Part shown: piece after piece, positions 23,256 to 64,000 of the stretch
Layout of the letters: every line of letters begins with the position of its first letter
How positions within the stretch are numbered: the stretch's first letter is position 1
Source: Macrostomum hystrix
Lineage: Eukaryota > Animalia > Platyhelminthes
NCBI GenBank assembly: GCA_950097015.1
Contig: CATNEN010000037.1
Location: forward strand, 2,976,001-3,040,000
Length of the DNA: 64,000 nt
Direction: 5' to 3'
The notes under the pieces: model-generated
The model's input: only the letters and a program-made list of their open reading frames with translations
Told to the model about the DNA's origin: nothing
The model's database searches: none
Translations under genes and position numbers: made by a program

Positions 23256-25942
23256 TATAGAATAAGAAAAGGACAATGAAAGTAGAAAATACCGCAATTC
23301 ATCAAATGCCAAAAGAGACGCTAAAAAAACTAACCCCCCAGCCAAGAACAATGGAGACCCACCCACAGGTCAAACCGGCGCCGGCCAAAACGAGTCTGAG
23401 CGGCACGCGGCCGAGGGCGAGGGTACAAGAGGAAAACGTGCTGGAGAAGAGGGGAGAAGACAAAGAAGGCGCATGACAACCGAGCGTGGCGGTCAGACAG
23501 AAAAGAGACGAGAAGGGAGAGATTAATCAATACCATATCATGCCATATTATGCCAAATTATACCATATAATACCATATCATACCATTCAATGCCATATTG
23601 TACCATGTCATACCATATCATACCACATTATGCTATCTTATGCCATATAAAGCCATATACTACCATATCACACCATATCATACCATACAATACCATATTA
23701 TACCATATCAGGCCATATAACACCATATAAAGCCATATAATACCATATCACACCATATCATACCATATCAGGCCATATAACAACATATAATGCCATATCA
23801 TACCATGTCATACCATATCATGCCATATTATGCCAAATTATACCATATCAGGCCATATAACACCATATAAAGCCATATAATACCATATCACACCATATCA
23901 TACCATATCAGGCCATATAACAACATATAATGCCATATCATATCATATCACATCATATTATGCCATATTACACTAGGCCCCTATATAACACTATATCATG
24001 CCATATCTCTGACAGATCCACTGCCAGATTGACTACCAAATCTACTGCCAGATCTCTGCCAGATCAAATGCCAGATATAGTGCTAGATTCACTGTGAAAT
24101 CTGTTTTTTTCTAATAAGTTTATATTATAGAAATAAATATTGAAACATAATAGTAAAGTATTTAATATATTTAAAATATGCCCTTAATGTTTTTATATAC
24201 ATTAGATCAATGAAACAATAGAACAATATATATTTCCCATATAGCTCAAAATTGCAGAAATACATGCCAATTTACTTTTGAACTTTATATACTACTATTG
24301 AATTGTGCAACCTAACTACACATAATTTAGCTTTGGCCTTTTGTTCACCAATACAATGTTTAAATGCATTAACATTTCCCTGTCATGTTAGCTTGCCTTT
24401 GATTGATATCTTATCCTATGTACAATAATTTATCTATGCATTGTAAAAATTATTCAATGAATAAAAGCAAGAAAGTGGCATTTCATTATTTAGAAACATA
24501 TTACAAAAGAAAACAACACATGTTTGTCAATACAAATAGAGAGGGAATCTGAATATATTGCTGCAGTCTGTTCTCAGATGTAGTAAAATGAAACTGAGAT
24601 TGAATAGAAAGCACGGCTAAACTGTCCATAATCTTTTAGAAATACTGAATTACATAATAAAGCAGGGTGTGCATGAATATACATTTTTGTATATAAATAG
24701 AACAAAGCATATGCTGCATATGCTTCTGCAATGCTAATATTTTATATCTAAATTTCATTTCATAATTATTTTGCTTCGTTACATTAACTCATGTAGAGTA
24801 GATGCATGTATAGCACGAATTGAATTTGATTCGTCACTGTTTAGCTCAAGACAGACTTTTTCTAATGCAATGATATTATAATTACTTTATGACAAAACCC
24901 TCGAACGGTATGCCACGTGATATTTAATTTGACGCGCGGAAAAAAAATATAAAAAGCATAACAAAGAAAACTGACCTGCGGTATAGGTGTTGTATTAATT
25001 TTGTGTTAATAGAATTAAAGCTCGAGACAATTATCTTATATTCAGGAAAACACGCACAAGAAAAGTGGCACACTAATAATGAGGCCACAATCTACTAGCA
25101 CAAAATCTAGCACAAAAATCGAGCAATTAAAACCTATATAAATCATTGTGATCAATCACATTTACTTCAAAAGCACCTGGCACATTCAATTCAGCAGTGG
25201 CACAACCTCCTACAAAAAAATCAGCTCTGGCACACTTCATAAAAATTTTTCTAAAAAAATATTTTTGCTTCGTTGTGCTAACTGAAGGACGGTGTACGAA
25301 TAGCCACTACCAATCTGCTAATTTTCGTGTGTGCAACGTCATTTTGCAGCATGAATGTTCAATAAGTGAGAATAAGAACAGTAATATCGTAGAACCAAAG
25401 CTAAATATGGTAGAATATTTATAGTAGAAAATACCACGTAATTTTTTTATAGATTAAAAGACGAAAGCCTAAGAATTTTTTGTTTAAACATTTGAAGGGT
25501 TTAAATTATTGCTTTATAAGAAACTAAAGAGACAACATATAAAGATCATGCTGTTGACAGAATCTCTGAACCAGTTCCAGCTCGTCTACTTTGTGAAGAA
25601 TACGTTATTAGATACATCGTACCAGTGTCTCAAACGACTTCTAATCAGTTATAAATTTTGCCGTATAACATGTAACTAATAGCTGCCTTATTTTTTGCAA
25701 CTGTTTCTTTTGTTTCTTTGACTCAAATTATTGAATAATTCCCTATAGGCCTGCAATCATTTTTATCTTAAAAATACGTAAGTACTGTATATAACACTTA
25801 TTGCAGTCATGTAAGTTGTTTGTTTGCGTGGTTTAAAATTAAATCTTAGATAAAAAAGGTTGATTTTATTGATTACAAGTTTCTGAATGTTGCGATAGGA
25901 CTGACTGTTCATTCTTTGACACGTATTTTACTAAAATAAAGA

Positions 25943-60569
<34,627 letters not shown>

Positions 60570-61019
60570 GTAAGATACTAATTCTGATTGTTTTGATTGA
60601 TTTGAAAGCTGGGTCACCCGGAATAAAATCTCGTTTTGGAATTGTTTCATATTCTGCTTGAGTTGATAATGATTTGAATTTAATTTTTTCATCCCATTTT
60701 GCTAGTTTTACATATTAAGCTACGAGAATATGCTGGAAAAAAATTGTTTGGAAATAGAATATTACCTTAGTAAAAGATTTAAAGTTAAGTATTTGACAAC
60801 CTCAGATTGGCAGTGCGCTGACCAGCATTTAATTCCAGCTTTTGCCGCATTTCCGCGCTAAATTTCATTTTTATTATTTATTTAACTCCGCTCAATTTAG
60901 TCGCCGCTTAGTTTCATTCGCCTTCCAACTGTCACAATGTGTTCGCAGCAGTTCTGTCATGTCTGAGTTTTATGATCATGAGAATTGACGACACACCGTG
61001 TGACCACTTCATTATCTGC

Positions 61020-63115
61020 CATTTCCCATCCCTCAGTTCTATGCCTTCCAACCCCTCAGTTCCCTGCCTTCCAACCCCTCAGTTCTATGCCTTCCAACCC
61101 CTCAGTTCCCTGCCTTCCAACCCCTCAGTTCCCTGCCTTCCAACCCCTCAGTTCCCTGCCTTCCAACCCCTCAGTTCCCTGCCTTCCAACCCCTCAGTTC
61201 TATGCCTTCCAACCCCTCAGTTCCCTGCCTTCCAACCCCTCAGTTCCCTGCCTTCCAACCCCTCAGTTCCCTGCCTTCCAACCCCTCAGTTCCATGCCTT
61301 CCCATCCCTCAGTTCCCTGCCTTCCCATCCCTCAGTTCCCTGCCTTCCCATCCCTCAGTTCCCTGCCTTCCCATCCTTCAGTTCCCTGCCTTCCCATCCC
61401 TCAGTTCCCTGCCTTCTCATCCCTCAGTTCCCTGCCTTCCCATCCCTCAGTTCCCTGCCTTCTCACCCCTCAGTTCCCTGCCTTCCAACCCCTCAGTTCC
61501 CTGCCTTCCAACCCCTCAGTTCCCTGCCTTCCAACCCCTCAGTTCCCTGCCTTCCAACCCCTCAGTTCTATGCCTTCCAACCCCTCAGTTCCCTGCCTTC
61601 CAACCCCTCAGTTCCCTGCCTTCCAACCCCTCATTTCCCTGCCTTCCAACCCCTCAGTTCTATGCCTTCCAACCCCTCAGTTCCCTGCCTTCCCATCCCT
61701 CAGTTCCCTGCCTTCCCATCCCTCAGTTCCCTGCCTTCTCATCCCTCAGTTCCCTGCCTTCCCATCCCTCAGTTCTATGCCTTCCCATCCCTCAGTTCCC
61801 TGCCTTCCCATCCCTCAGTTCCCTGCCTTCTCACCCCTCAGTTCCCTGCCTTCCAACCCCTCAGTTCCCTGCCTTCCAACCCCTCAGTTCCCTGCCTTCC
61901 AACCCCTCAGTTCCCTGCCTTCCCATCCCTCAGTTCCCTGCCTTCCCATCCCTCAGTTCCCTGCCTTCTCATCCCTCAGTTCCCTGCCTTCCCATCCCTC
62001 AGTTCTATGCCTTCCCATCCCTCAGTTCCCTGCCTTCCCATCCCTCAGTTCCCTGCCTTCTCACCCCTCAGTTCCCTGCCTTCCAACCCCTCAGTTCCCT
62101 GCCTTCCAACCCCTCAGTTCCCTGCCTTCCAACCCCTCAGTTCCCTGCCTTCCAACCCCTCAGTTCTATGCCTTCCAACCCCTCAGTTCCCTGCCTTCCA
62201 ACCCCTCAGTTCCCTGCCTTCCAACCCCTCAGTTCTATGCCTTCCAACCCCTCAGTTCCATGCCTTCCCATCCCTCAGTTCCCTGCCTTCCCATCCCTCA
62301 GTTCCCTGCCTTCCCATCCCTCAGTTCCCTGCCTTCCCATCCTTCAGTTCCCTGCCTTCCCATCCCTCAGTTCCCTGCCTTCTCATCCCTCAGTTCCCTG
62401 CCTTCCCATCCCTCAGTTCCCTGCCTTCTCACCCCTCAGTTCCCTGCCTTCCAACCCCTCAGTTCCCTGCCTTCCAACCCCTCAGTTCCCTGCCTTCCAA
62501 CCCCTCAGTTCCCTGCCTTCCCATCCCTCAGTTCCCTGCCTTCCCATCCCTCAGTTCCCTGCCTTCTCATCCCTCAGTTCCCTGCCTTCCCATCCCTCAG
62601 TTCTATGCCTTCCCATCCCTCAGTTCCCTGCCTTCCCATCCCTCAGTTCCCTGCCTTCTCACCCCTCAGTTCCCTGCCTTCCAACCCCTCAGTTCCCTGC
62701 CTTCCAACCCCTCAGTTCCCTGTCTTCCAACCCCTCAGTTCCCTGCCTTCCAACCCCTCAGTTCTATGCCTTCCAACCCCTCAGTTCCCTGCCTTCCAAC
62801 CCCTCAGTTCCCTGCCTTCCAACCCCTCAGTTCTATGCCTTCCAACCCCTCAGTTCCATGCCTTCCCATCCCTCAGTTCCCTGCCTTCCCATCCCTCAGT
62901 TCCCTGCCTTCCCATCCCTCAGTTCCCTGCCTTCCCATCCTTCAGTTCCCTGCCTTCCCATCCCTCAGTTCCCTGCCTTCTCATCCCTCAGTTCCCTGCC
63001 TTCCCATCCCTCAGTTCTATGCCTTCCCATCCCTCAGTTCCCTGCCTTCCCATCCCTCAGTTCCCTGCCTTCCCATCCCTCAGTTCCCTGCCTTCTCATC
63101 CCTCAGTTCCCTGCG
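61020..63115 (+). repeat. 23-bp minisatellite CCTCAGTTCCCTGCCTTCC(AAC/CAT)C
   Basis: About 90 copies; explains the three long ORFs at 60939-63164. Confidence 0.97.
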
Positions 63116-63744
63116 TGAGAAAAGTGCAGAAAATATGTTTAGGTTTGATATAGTATTCAGATAAATTAGATAATTTTTTATATTTTACTGTTGCACTGTT
63201 TTCACTTTGCTTGTTGTCCAGATTAACGCCACATTCTCTAACATAACATGAATGTGTTTACAGATGAACTTTTAGTTTAAAATCACGGTTGCCATGCAAG
63301 CCTATCCTTGCTTCTCATTAATATATTATACTACCTAAATTAGATACAAAAATACTACACACCTTGAAGTTAAACTCGTTCAATATATATCTCCATGAGA
63401 TTCTATTAACTTTTCAACCATATGACATCTTCAAACAACAATAGAATAGAATTTCACAATACTTTCTGGCGGAATCTAGAACCTGTTTTCAGTTTTTATC
63501 TCGGATTAAGTTTGGTTGTCGTTGTTCTAATCACTGCCTAGTTCTTTGTGTGTTTATTTTATTTGCTAATATATGGGCTTCGATTTTTTCTTATTTCGTG
63601 TCTCCCATAGCTTTATTTTGCGTATCTGCACTGAAATAACCTCGCTTACTGTGCTGCACCTCAGAAAATTAGCTCGTTTAGCTGTTTCCTGTATGTTTTT
63701 GTTTCACCGAACACTGCAGGGGAGAAATTTAGTATTGAAAGTAG

Positions 63745-64000
63745 AGATTATAGAGACAGAGGTACAGAATATAGAGACAGAGGTGCAGATTATAGAGACA
63801 GAGATACAGATTATAGAGACAGAGGTACAGAATATAGAGACAGAGGTACAGAATATAGAGACAGAGGTGCAGATTATAGAGACAGAAATACAGAATATAG
63901 AGACAAATACAGATTATAGAGACAGAGGTACAGATTATAGAGACAGAGGTACAGATTATAGAGACAGAGGTACAGATTATAGAGACAGAGGTACAGAATA
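63745..64000 (+). repeat. 21-bp minisatellite AGATTATAGAGACAGAGGTAC, running off the window end
   Basis: About 12 tandem copies. Confidence 0.94.

Larger units (their letters stand above)
20560..25293. mobile_element. Foldback/Mutator-like element: inverted arms 20560-22422 and 23531-25293, ~1.1-kb loop, 9-bp TSD
   Basis: Arms are reverse complements and near-identical apart from a 100-bp indel (21921-22020) and rare substitutions. Termini ACCGTCCTTCAG...CTGAAGGACGGT. TSD GTACGAATA at 20551-20559 and 25294-25302. Confidence 0.93.
20319..25311. mobile_element. 250-bp MITE (20319-20559 plus 25303-25311) with 23-bp GG-ended TIRs and 9-bp TSD, split by the foldback insertion
   Basis: Left TIR is GGAAGTGGCTATTCGTAGGGCAG. 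The reconstructed right TIR (reverse complement) is GGTAGTGGCTATTCGTACGGCAG, 2 mismatches. TSD AATCTGCTA at 20310-20318 and 25312-25320. Confidence 0.88.

Noticed and set aside
20560-25293. Assembly artefact (fold-back chimeric read) as the explanation of the giant palindrome
   Set aside because: A perfect 9-bp TSD, a unique 1.1-kb loop, small differences between arms and a restorable host MITE all indicate a real insertion.
60940-60970. A terminal NF1 exon (GCAG|CAGTTCTGTCATGTCTGA) giving a stop just after exon 60250-60569
   Set aside because: The conserved NF1 C-terminal block (LLD.EVL.D... onward) has not appeared, so the remaining exons most likely lie beyond 64000.

Overview
Animal (spliceosomal, GT-AG) genomic DNA. 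It has GC-rich exons, many poly-Ala/poly-Gln tracts and minisatellite-filled introns. The style resembles a Macrostomum-type flatworm genome, but that is inference. Genes from left to right: an SLC16/MCT-like MFS transporter (minus); an intronless TRPV-like channel with one frameshift (plus); a 4-exon WD40 gene with two frameshifts (minus); a complete 4-exon DLST, the E2 of 2-oxoglutarate dehydrogenase (minus, 454 aa); an orphan ~397-aa ORF (minus); and neurofibromin NF1 (plus). For NF1 I traced 30 exons by hand from 25943 to 60569 (about 2725 codons); the C-terminus lies beyond the window. The best hunt result is a 4.73-kb foldback-type element at 20560-25293. It has near-identical 1.8-kb arms, a perfect 9-bp TSD, 10-bp internal repeats and a captured PDZ-like fragment in its loop. 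It is inserted into the TIR of a 250-bp GG-ended MITE that has its own 9-bp TSD, about 630 bp upstream of the NF1 ATG. Other results: a Merlin/IS1595-type transposase remnant with ~100-bp TIRs in DLST intron 1; a candidate 375-nt polyQ cassette exon splitting a conserved NF1 motif; a stop-free in-frame NF1 intron; intron arrays whose unit is a copy of the adjacent splice acceptor; a CORE-like SINE and a chimeric SINE. All coordinates were counted by hand, and no database searches were run.
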